A DNA stretch of 53,699 nucleotides, filler included, from Jimgerdemannia flammicorona (Eukaryota), in NCBI GenBank assembly GCA_003990765.1. It is 3 parts of 3 records of this genome, joined end to end, with 100 filler letters (N's around TTAATTAATTAA, not from the genome) between each part and the next. Parts side by side here need not be neighbours in the genome. Positions count along the whole stretch, not along the records: positions 1 to 17,834 come from RBNJ01002389.1; positions 17,935 to 35,768 come from RBNJ01002390.1; 1 more part is not named here. The stretch is one strand, 5' to 3'. This document shows, one piece after another, positions 12,510 to 23,163 of this stretch. How positions within the stretch are numbered: the stretch's first letter is position 1; every line of letters starts with the position of its first letter. The translations under genes were made by a program, and so were the position numbers. The notes under the pieces were generated by a model, which was not told the origin of the DNA, searched no databases, and saw only the letters and a program-made list of their open reading frames with translations.

Positions 12510-15500
12510 TATAATATAGTAGATGCTTAACCTTGAAAGTATGTTGAATTTTTGTATCTTAAAAACTTGATCTTCTTTGACTCTGCAGAGTTCTCAGATA
12601 TAGGAGTGGGTGAGTTTGAAGTATATCTGCCCACAGGCTTACTAGTTCCTTTGCTTTCTCTTTGCTTTGAACTATTTCAATCTGAGATTTATTCACTCTA
12701 AGATACTGGGTTATTTATATAAGTTTGCTAGCTATAAGGTAGCTAAGTTATACTATGAGTCACTTTTTGTAAGTACTGAATCTTTCAACATCTGCAAAGT
12801 GTTCAACATTCACAAAAACTTTAACAGTTGCAAAATAACAATGACTACTATTTATACGGCTATACTATATTGAGAATTGAATTCAGATACCATAATCAAA
12901 TGTCTAATTTCTCTAATTTATATTTCTAATTCAGATCAACCATCACAACTTCCTCCTGAATAGATAATTCATCTCTGAAATATCCTATTCAAACTCCCAA
13001 GCTTCTATGATTTGTATCTCCTTATACTGTTCAATCTGCATCATTACATACTCTCAGTATTATCTCTTAATATATCCAAAGTCTCCTGAAACTACTCTGT
13101 AAAGATGGGTTAAAGCTGGCTCATCATTCTTAAATATCTTATTGACTCATTTAACAGTTGTAATCTGAGTATAAGAGAGCTGACACTCTCTAATCCAGTC
13201 TTCTTTTTCCATGTCTGGCTGAAAGTTCAGTAGCTGTCCCAACTTGAAGTATTCTTGAAACTCAGTTTGGTTCTAGTAGGCCTTGAAGTGTGAGATTCAT
13301 GACAGATGTGTCTGGACTATACTCTGTATACTGTCAAAGGATTCTTTCATAATCAGTGGCTCAGTAGTACACCATTGTCTTTCTATGGCTCACTATATAG
13401 TACTGATGATCTTGAGAGCTATAACAGTACTCTGTTGATTAGTTATGATACTTCTTGAGTCAGTTTCTGTAGATGGTAGTGAGGATAATTGTGCCTGAGA
13501 GTTTTTATAGCCAAAAGGTAGTCTCTTTTATATCTTGTACAAGGTAAGATCCTTCCCACTTAGCTTCCAGTTTTTGTGACCATGAAGCTTCTACTATATT
13601 CTGATATACTAGAACTTTGTCTCCTATCTTAATAATCTCCAGAGACTTGTGAACCTTTTCTACATTATTCTATTGTAGTGTCTGTACTTTGGTTATATAA
13701 TCTTCAGCCTTCTTCCTGATTTGGTATAGTCTCTATATCTCTCTATCTATATATTTCCATATAGTATCTCTATTGGATGATAGAGTTTCTTGAGAACCTT
13801 CTTTCCCAAACAGTATTTCCCAAGGGGTGAAATGAGTGCTTTGTGATTGAATATCCTGGAGAGTAGATAATGCTAATGGCAGATAGTGGTCCCAGTTTTT
13901 GTAGTTATCACAGATCTTGGTAATAACATTTTTGAGGGTCTTGTTGGTTCTTTCTGCTTATTCATTTCCTTGGAGATGGTATACTGTGATCTGAATGTGC
14001 TGGATCTTGTACTTCTTGTAGAGAACCTCAAAGAACTGGTTCATGAATTCTGTTCCTCTATCTGTAGTTACTTGTATTGGGGTCTTGAACTAGCAGATGA
14101 TTTCTTTGTAAAAGAAATTAGTAATTGACTATACATTGACTTCCTTGAGAGGTCCTGCCTCTATCCATTTTGTGAAAAAGTCTATGATGACAATGATATA
14201 TCAGTTACTAGTCAAAGTCAAAGGTAGAGAACTGATCACATCTATTGCAATATGTGCAAATAGTACTAGTTCTATATATACTAATCTTAGGGCTTGATTT
14301 TATTGATTTCATTGATCTTGTTTCTATTTCTGACATTTATCACAGGTCTTGACAAATTGTCTGATATCTTCCTTCATTCCTGGTTACCATATTGTTCTTC
14401 TTGCTTTATCATATATATTTGTTTCTTCTAGATAGCCAAGTTCATATACTGATTTCATTGCCTACTCCTTCTTGTATTCTGATATGACTAGTAGCTTTTC
14501 TTTTTTCAATGTTTTTCCATTGGTTTCAAATTGTTTCCATGTTCTGTTGATAATCATTTATATCTATTCTTCCAGATATTGGAGCATCCTTTCACTGTCT
14601 CAGATAGGTGATTATTCTATAGTAGAGCTCCTTATTTATGATTGATTTACTGGTTGGAGGTCCTTCAGAGTATCTGTGAGAGAGCATCTGTATTGGCATT
14701 GGTTCTTTCTGGGCAGTATACAATAGTTATATCATATGCTTGCAACTTTATGATCTATTTAGCATAGATTTCTTTAGATTGCCCAGTGATCAGTAGTCAA
14801 GTGAGGGCTGAGTAGTCTGTCTAGATGGTGAAGTATTATCTAGCAAGATAGTATTGGAACTTTTCCACAGCCCAGATGACTGCAAGGCATTCCAACTTAT
14901 AGAATTCATATTCTTTTTCAGCTCCTTGAGTTCCTCAGCTTAGGTATGTGATAATATATTCTACTTTGTCTTTCTTTTGAGCTAGGACTGCTCCTAGTCT
15001 CTGGACACTTATATCTGTCTACAGGATGAATTCTTGAGTCCAATTGGGTCTTCTAAAGATAGGTGCCTGGGTCAGTCTGATCTTGAGCTCATTAAATGCT
15101 TTTTATTGCCTGCCAGTCCATTGAAACTTAGTATTCTTCTTGTTGAGTTCATAGATTGGGTCTGCAATATTGAAGAATTCTCTAATAAATTATCAGTAAT
15201 ATGAGGCCAGCCCCATGAAGGCTTAGGCTTTAGTAATAGTAGTAGACCTCAGATATAATACTACTGCTTATATCTTGAGAGGGTCTGTGTATATTCTATC
15301 TTAATTGATGACATAGCCAAGATAGATGATCTCAATTTCTGCAAACTTACACTTCTTGGGCTTGATGTAAAGACCATACTATTTTAGCTTCTCCATCATC
15401 TATTGGATATGCTGTAGATATTCTTCAGCTGTCCTGCTATAGATAATAATATCATCTATATAAACCATCATCCATCTTTCTATATCATAGTGGAAGATTT

Positions 15501-17320
15501 TATTTATCATTTACTAGAAGCTTGCAGGGGCATTGCATATTCCAAATAGTATTCACAAGTAGATATAAGTTCTATCTGGGGTGATGAAGGCTGATTTCTC
15601 ACTTACTGTTTCTGTGAGTCTGATTTGGTGGAATTCTGAATATAGATCCAAGATATTATAGTACTGTGCTTTATCTCCCAGAGTTATAAGAATGTCATTG
15701 ATGAGGGGCAGTGGTTGGCAATCCTTCTTGGGGACTATATTGAGCTTTCTGTAATCAATGCAGAGTCTTGGAGTAAATTCTCTAAGCTTGCTTCCTTTCT
15801 TCAGAGCTAGTACAACTAGTGAAAACCAGGGGCTACTAGTCTTCTTGATAATATTAGCTTCTTCCATCTGCTTGATTTCTTCTCTGAGCCACTCTCAGTA
15901 GACTGGTAGGACAGATCTTACCTTCTGGTAAATTGGTTCAGTATCACCAGTATCTACATTATGATAGTAATATAGAGTCTTTCTCTTGATATCCTTGAAG
16001 TCTATGGTAAGAATATCCTCAAATTCATACAGTATTTTCTTGAGCTCTGTCTTGAGTAGAAATTCATTTCCAATAGTATAGTTATGCTTGTTCATAGTTT
16101 CCTTCTTCTTATACTCCAACTCAGTAATCTTAGTACTGGTGAATACTCCTCTTTCTGTTGATCCCAATTCTTTCCTTCCTCTTTCCATTTTCTCCAACTT
16201 CTTGACTTCTATGATTCTTAGCTGAAGAACTGGAAAGATCAATATTTGTGCTATTCAGTCTTTCTTCTTAATTAGAAATGGAATCATAGAGTTGTGGTTT
16301 CTGATAATAAGTAGTATTTCTCCAATATAATCTAAATCGATGACTTCTCCTTCAATTGTGATTTTGCTCCTAGCCAGACTGCTTCTTGTCTTGAGGATTC
16401 TGACATGGTCTTTTGGAATAGTTATCTCTAGACTAGTTGTAAGTAGGGTGGTTGTCTGGAGTTCTAGTATGGTTTTTTCCACTATGGTGATACATATCTA
16501 TTCTAGCTGCATTTTCTGACTTATATTCTGATAAGACTGTATCAGAGTGAATCTTCTGAATCTTGATCTTGATTTTCTCTTCATCATTACTGTCTTCAAG
16601 GAGAGCTAGTAGTTCATCATTCTCTTCCTCCTCTTCTTCTATTTTTTTTTCTTCTCTTGCCTGTTTCTCAAGTATCTTCTCTCTTCTTTAGTGGTAGATC
16701 TTCTTGATTTTGCTGATACACTGGTAACACTCATTGACATGCTCTATATAGTACATTTAGATCCCATGGGGGCAGACTTCTTGTGGTATATATTCTCCTA
16801 TAATCTTCTTATATCAGTCTTCTTCACTCATCTATCTGATTTTCTTCTTCTTTTTCTGGATTGTCACCATATAGGCTTCCTCCCATTCACTCTCTTCTTC
16901 CTCTATCTCAGGCAGGACTTCTTTGTTGACATTGATGGGAATTCATATCTTCTGTCCATAGTAAATGATCTATATCTTTTAGACATTTAGATCAATTATT
17001 ATCTTGGCTTTATGAAGCTACTAGTTGCTGATGAAGATGTCATAGTTGGTTGTATTAGTCATGATTACATCTACTGGGATGGTTGCTCCTCCAAACTTGA
17101 TGGGAACATCTTGGATCTTTCTCAGAGATATGGCTCTTGTACTATCTGCTGTAACAAATACTAATTTGGTTGCTTCTTCAACTTTCCAATCTAGGTAATC
17201 AGCTGCTTTCTTGCTGAGAAGGCATCCTCCTGCTTCTGTATCAATGATAGCCTCAAAGACTCTATCTTCAATTTGATAAGTTGCATAGGCAGTATTTGGT
17301 GGTGTTGAGAGTGTATATAT
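12510..17320 (-). mobile_element. Gypsy element A, 5'-truncated: PR, Zn-like linker, dUTPase, RT, RNase H, IN, accessory ORF, PPT, 3' LTR (12510-12947)
   Basis: Protease AIIDTEAGGCLLS at about 17250; RT PRLCIDYRKLN, LDLYSEFHQI and VYIDDI (about 15450-15870); RNase H and integrase motifs at 13500-15050; PPT AGGAGGAAG at 12949-12957, then LTR starting TGTGATGG, homologous to the solo LTR at 38502. Confidence 0.9.
16150..16575 (-). pseudogene. dUTPase domain of Gypsy A, between protease and RT
   Basis: All five trimeric dUTPase motifs in decayed form: AARIDMY, TRSSLA, GEVIDLDYIGEI, D*IAQ, ERGRKELGST. Confidence 0.9.
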
Positions 17321-17596
17321 ATATTAGATAATTATGTAGAACAATTCTATCAATTTTGCAACTTGGAATCATGTGTCATTTTGTAATGGGTGAGGTAATT
17401 ATGAAAATAGATCCAAGCACATTATTTTATAAATCGGATACTTCTGATTACCAGAAGGAAAGACGACTGCACTCGGAAAGTGTCAAATGAATGGAAAACA
17501 TTGAGACGTGTGGGTTTTAAACCCAAACTCGTCAATCAAACTATGTGTGACTGTCAAAATTATATGACCACATTCAGCGCACATTAAATAAAATAT

Positions 17597-17671
17597 GCTC
17601 CCGTAGCTTAATGGTAAAGCGATTGCAAGCAATTTCGCAGTTGAATCGGGGTTCAAATCCTCGCAGGAGTG
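17597..17671 (+). tRNA. tRNA-like element with an aberrant anticodon arm (pseudo-tRNA, SINE head or atypical Pol III RNA)
   Basis: Acceptor stem GCTCCCG/CAGGAGT, D-arm GCTT-AATGGTA-AAGC, T-arm CGGGG-TTCAAAT-CCTCG, A and B boxes, and a T5 run at 17675-17679. No canonical 7-nt anticodon loop. Confidence 0.7.
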
Positions 17672-17834
17672 ATGTTTTTGCTCACTTACGGTCACAATCC
17701 TTAATCTCATATTGGTGCGATGCCTACTTTAACAATCCTGCCACATATTCGTCTCGTTAGACATACCAAAAACGAGCAGTTTCACAAAACTACCATGAGG
17801 CGTTAAAACGACAACGCGAACACTTTTCCTTATT

Positions 17835-17934
17835 NNNNNNNNNNNNNNNNNNNNNNNNNNNNNNNNNNNNNNNNNNNNTTAATTAATTAANNNNNNNNNN
17901 NNNNNNNNNNNNNNNNNNNNNNNNNNNNNNNNNN
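17835..17934. other. Assembly gap with TTAATTAATTAA spacer
   Basis: N-runs flank a 12-bp spacer; the same structure occurs at 35769-35868. Confidence 0.95.
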
Positions 17935-18242
17935 ACCGGCCTCGCAAGAGTATCCCAACTGACCTGGGACCTCCTCCCCGCCCAAATCCAATCCCTAGCC
18001 ACCTTTACGAGCTTCTTCACCACCCATGCTGGGAAGTCCAGATGATACGCCACATACCACAGCTTAGGGAACCAATATACATTCAGGATCGACACCCGCC
18101 CCGCTAAAGAGATATGTCGGCCTCCCCAACCTCGAAGGGCCTCCCCCCAGCTATGTATCTTGTTCTCCCACCACACCCTTGGCAAGACAGAACCATAGAC
18201 AGAGAGGAATATGCCCAGATATCACACCACCTCACCAGTAGG
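17935..18242 (-). mobile_element. L1/Tx1-like LINE ORF2 fragment, CpG-intact copy
   Basis: WGEALRGWGGRHISLAGRVSILNVYWFPKLWY is homologous to WGEALQSWGGHYLSLVGHISILNVYWLPKL at about 52345-52436. Confidence 0.9.
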
Positions 18243-19938
18243 GACAATTTTAGACACTATCTCTTAGGAAAGAGATTTGCTCTTATTACTGATTACTAAG
18301 CTTTATAATAGTTGTTCAATAAACTGAAATCCTCAGAAATCTTTACCAGATAGATTATGTCTCTGCAAGAATACTAGTTCACTATTATCTATAAGAAAGC
18401 TATCAAGAATTATAATATTGATACTCTGTCAAGAATCTCATAAACTTAATAAAAAGAGAAAGAGCACTCATAAGAGAAGACTGCTTCCTACTTACCCAAA
18501 TGAATCAAGAACTACACCTCACCCTCATCTGGAGTCTGCACTACAGAAGCTTTAAAAAGGGAATTCAGTTAGCTCACAAGCTATTTATTTAAAGAAATTT
18601 TAAGAATTTTCAAGAAGGCAATAGTGAACTTTGGAGACTAATATACCTGAGTCCTACAAGAAGATAAAATATAGAAAATACTTACAAATAATCATAATCA
18701 GAATATATATCAAGAAATTGGAGCTACTATTATAAGAATCAAGAAGAGATACTAGTGGCCAAAAATGAGAAAAAAAATTTCAATATATATTTAACAATGT
18801 GATATCTACTAAAGTTACCAATAAAAACCAACTAATAAAGTACTATTAATATCAATTACAGTGCCAGCTGGAGCCTTTCAAAGACTAGGAATAGATATTA
18901 TTAGTTCTCTATCAATAACTAGCCAAAGAAGATACTATATCCTCACCATTGAAGATCATCTGATGAAATGGCTAAAAGACTTTGCTATTGAGACTACTAA
19001 TGCTCAGACAATCATTAGGATCTTATATGATGAAATTTTCAGCCACCATAGTATTTCCAAGAAAATCATCACAGACTAAGGCCAAGAATTTGTCAACAAA
19101 GCCATAAAGACCTTTGTAGCCAACTTTAAGATCAAACTATATCCAACAACAGCCTATTACCTACAGGCAAATGGACTTACTGAATAAATGAACCAGACCA
19201 TCAAGTGAGGTCTCAGCAAGACCAGAGATCAATTTAATTGAGATATATATCTACCTACCAGTAATCCTATTCAGTATCTGCACTTCAAAAGCAACTACTA
19301 CTCAATAGACCCCTTTCTATTTGATATATGGCTAAGAAACACAATATCCCACTGAACCAATCCAGCTAGATTTGGTAAAATGAATCACTGAAGAGATTAT
19401 CTAGTTATATGTAATATATGTACTAATAAGTATAAGGTTTTATTACTAAAGTATAAGAGTAACAAAAGAAGTACTATAACTATAAAGCAGACCTTAAACC
19501 CCTGCTTATTAAATAATAAATCTAGATATTTCACACTATTATAGAGGAGAACTAGAGTGCCAAACTCAAACTGAAATAGAAAGACCCTATCTCATCTATC
19601 AAAAGTTTATAAACCATACTTATCAACTTAAGACCCTGAATGAAGTTATACTCAAGACTAAGATATACTGTAACTATATAAGATCTTATTACACAGTAGA
19701 AGCAAAACATATTTGAATAACTCTGTTCACTTTATCTGTATTATCTTTATTAAAGAATGATGGATACTTCATATAGAACTCAAGAAAGTCAATAATGCTA
19801 AAACTAATCTCAAGGCTAAATATTACTACTAGAAATTATCTTAGATTATAAAAAAAATCCATTCTGAGAGATTCTAACCCCTAGCTATGACAATGAGAGC
19901 CCTTACTCTAGATAAGGATTGTTAGTATATCAACAATT

Positions 19939-19983
<45 letters not shown>

Positions 19984-21223
19984 AAGACCTATTATTCTCA
20001 TATACATAATTACCATAACTAAGAACAACTCTAATTTTATAAGAAGCAGATGTGATAACACCTCTAAAACTAGTGATATCAGAATTCAGAAGACTGTCTT
20101 GACTTTACAAGCTACTAATTATAAATTGTAACTCAACTTTAACTTATCTTGATCATAAGATGATTTGTAACTAAACTCATAATGACTCATAATGAGCCTA
20201 GTAATACTACTACTAGTCAGATGACTCTACTCTCTAGACTAAAGAAGATAACCTTCAAGCTATAAAAGAAGTATCAAGAGAAGAAGTACAAAGCATCAAT
20301 CATAAATAGAAGACTTATTACAAAATAAAATACCTACTATTTGCTAATCTACTAGAACAAGGAGCCACTCAGATCTATTAATTCAAGAACAGATGTTCAC
20401 TGATATCAAGAGGGCAATGAGACTATATATAAGAAAGACCCCTAGTCTGAACCTCTATATAAGAAACTTCTACTACTAAACTCTCAACTACTGAGAAATG
20501 GAGACAAGAATTACCACTGCTGCTGAATATCTTTGAATGTGGTAAGAATATAAGCTGAGACATCACCTCTACCAAGAGTTCATATAAGCTAGCTCTTAAG
20601 AAATTATAGATACTATATATATAGACAGATATGAATAGAAATAGACCAAAAGAGTCTACCAGATCTTCAGGCATGTACTCTGGGCCATTCTCAATCTAGA
20701 ATATATCAAAGTCTCTGATATCTAAGAATTGAAAAGCTACTGTACAGATCACGCTAAGGAAATGATTGCAGAAGAAGTCCAGTCTACTATCATAGTTAAG
20801 AGTGATGAGGTTTAAGATCTTTGAAACTCTATCCTAGAGGACAATCTAAACCAATTCATTTATGATCTGATTGTGCTATTTCAAGACACTCCCTTGAGAG
20901 TCAGATATCTTCAGAATTCTACAGATATTTCTTACTTTATAGATGACCTCACTATTGACTGGAGATCTTAAGAGCAGAATGACCTTATACTCTTTGATAA
21001 TATCACCCCCTCAGACAACTTGGAGAATGATGGCAACCCATTTATTTTATTGGAAGATGACATCAATATCTTCCTTTCTTTATTCCCAGACTCTCTTACT
21101 GACTTCAGCATAACTATAGAAGATGTAAAAAATGATTTGACCAGACTCTCTAAAGAAAATAAAGAGAAGGATGAGGATGATATAATCTCAGTCATATTAA
21201 ATTTTAAGATGTATGAGGATGGC
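18243..21223 (+). mobile_element. Gypsy element D: RNase H end, integrase and long 3' accessory region
   Basis: FRHYLLGKRFALITDY at about 18250; integrase FQRLGIDIIS..EDHLMKW..IITD*GQEF..QANGLTE at about 18875-19190; interrupted at 21224 by element B. Confidence 0.85.
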
Positions 21224-22752
21224 TGTAACAATTTCACAGTCATATTTAGTCTTAGTACATTTTCACATCTTTTAGTTAGTCTTTTCTTGTCATTTCTTAA
21301 ACATTCTACTATGTTCTGCTATCTTCTACTTGCTTAGAAACCTTGTCTCAGTACTTAGACACTACTAGAACATTCCTGTCTTTCCTTGGTACCAAGTATC
21401 TTGTCTTAGCTAGTTATGGAACCTTTTGGAACATTGTAGAATAGTATTAGTCAGCTTTTCCAAGAACCTATTTCTTGGCATTTCTCTTTCTTTCTAAGAT
21501 TCTTCTAGATCTTTCTTTCAGATTATAAATATTCTTGTTCTCTGTCTGAATAAAGCTCAGAATATTTTTCTACTAGAAATCCTTAGAGAATACTTGAATC
21601 TTTAAATATCTCTTTGAGCTACTTTAGACCAACTAGAATTTCTAGATTTAGCTGCTTTTCCTTAAAGAAACTAGAACTATTATACTTGATAACAGTGGTA
21701 TTATTACACCTTACCTTATTAAGAAACCTCACACAAATTTGGAAACCAGTCACAAATAGTCATATGAACCTGAAATGAGCTATGAAGAGTCAGTCTATTA
21801 GTCAGACCTCTCTGCTATAGAAGAAGTAGAAGAATTGCAGCTCAATATAGAGGATATGATCAATACTATGGTCCACCAAATCCAAGAACTTCAAGAACAA
21901 CTAGAATAGCAGAAAACAAAAACTGTGAGTATATCACATTCTACCATAGTACTAGTCAGTTTTAAGTCACTCAAACCAGATACCTTCAATAGCCATTGAG
22001 GAGAACTATCTACAGATGTATAGACCTTCTAGTTAGACTAATACTTTGAGCTTACAAGAATGGAAGAAGACATGTAAGTCTAATTTACTGCCACACTTCT
22101 CTGAGGAAATACAGCTATCAGGTATTACAATCATATTATAGTTATATCTATATACTTATATGTACAAATCAGAGACTGAGAAGCTTTCAAGAGAGTACTT
22201 CATAAGTAGTTCAAGCCTGCTAATGCAACCAAGCTAGCTAGAGATAAGCTAGTGAACATCAAGCAACTCAAGTCTGTGCAAAGCTATAATATAAAATTCT
22301 TATCAATTCTACTCAAGCTACCAGTGATATCTGAGGATGAAAAGATAGACTGCTATATCTGAGGTCTGAAGGGAAACACATGAGCCAAGATCAAGCTAGA
22401 AGAGCCCAAAAACCTTAATGAAGTCATGAGAATTACCAATAGATGATTTGATGTCATCACCTTTGATAACTGCTTCAAACTAGAATACCACAAGAAGAAC
22501 TACTTTGAGAACCACCATAAGAACCAACCAAGGATAGTTGGCCTGGCACTAATGGACTTAGATACTATAAATAAAAAGAACACCAAGCTCACCCCTGAAG
22601 AAAAGAACTGCCTGAAAAAATCTAGAGTCTGTTTCTTCTGTCACCAAATAGGACACATTGCAACCAAATGTCCTAAGAAAACTAGCAAACCCTTAATATC
22701 AGTCACCATGTTGTCCAAGGACACATCTGTTAACCCCACTACCAGTCAATCC

Positions 22753-23163
22753 AAGCTCAAGATTAAGAAGCTTCATTCAAAGGCCCAGGTCTCTCAATAT
22801 TAAACAGAAGGAGTCATTGGTCTTTATCTACACTCAGTCAAACAAGTCACTATTCCAGTCAAGGGCTATACTCTGGTACCTACTGGAATTGCAGTTCAAT
22901 GTCCTGAAGGACATTATGTCAGAATTGCACCATGATCAGAACTTAGTATCAAACATTATTTAGATGTAGGTACTGATATCATTGACCCAGACTTTCGAGG
23001 ACAAGTTCAAGTTCTGCTTATCAACCAGAAGGATCAAGACTATACAGTTAAGAAAGGAGACTGAGTCGCACAAATGATCATAGAAAAAGCCAGCCAACTC
23101 AAGATTACAGAAGTCCAAGAACTCTCTGAAACTAAATGAGATCAAAAAGGTTTTGGCAGTACC
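22753..23163 (+). pseudogene. dUTPase domain of Gypsy B, between gag Zn knuckle and protease
   Basis: In frame with gag: KLKIKKLH..LVPTGIAVQCPEGHYVRIAP*SEL..IIDPDFRGQVQVLLIN..KKGD*VAQMII..K*DQKGFGST; most stops are CGA>TGA. Confidence 0.95.

Noticed and set aside
17597..17671. tRNA-Sec or tRNA-Cys assignment
   Set aside because: No TCA anticodon or extended acceptor/D stems; the TTGCAAG string is not in a properly positioned loop.
17879..17890. TTAATTAATTAA palindrome occurring twice inside N-runs
   Set aside because: Centred in two identical 100-bp gaps; a scaffolding spacer, not biology.
21224..21684. LTR shared between D and B as a tandem element
   Set aside because: TSD ATGGC/ATAGC flanks B, indicating an independent insertion into D.
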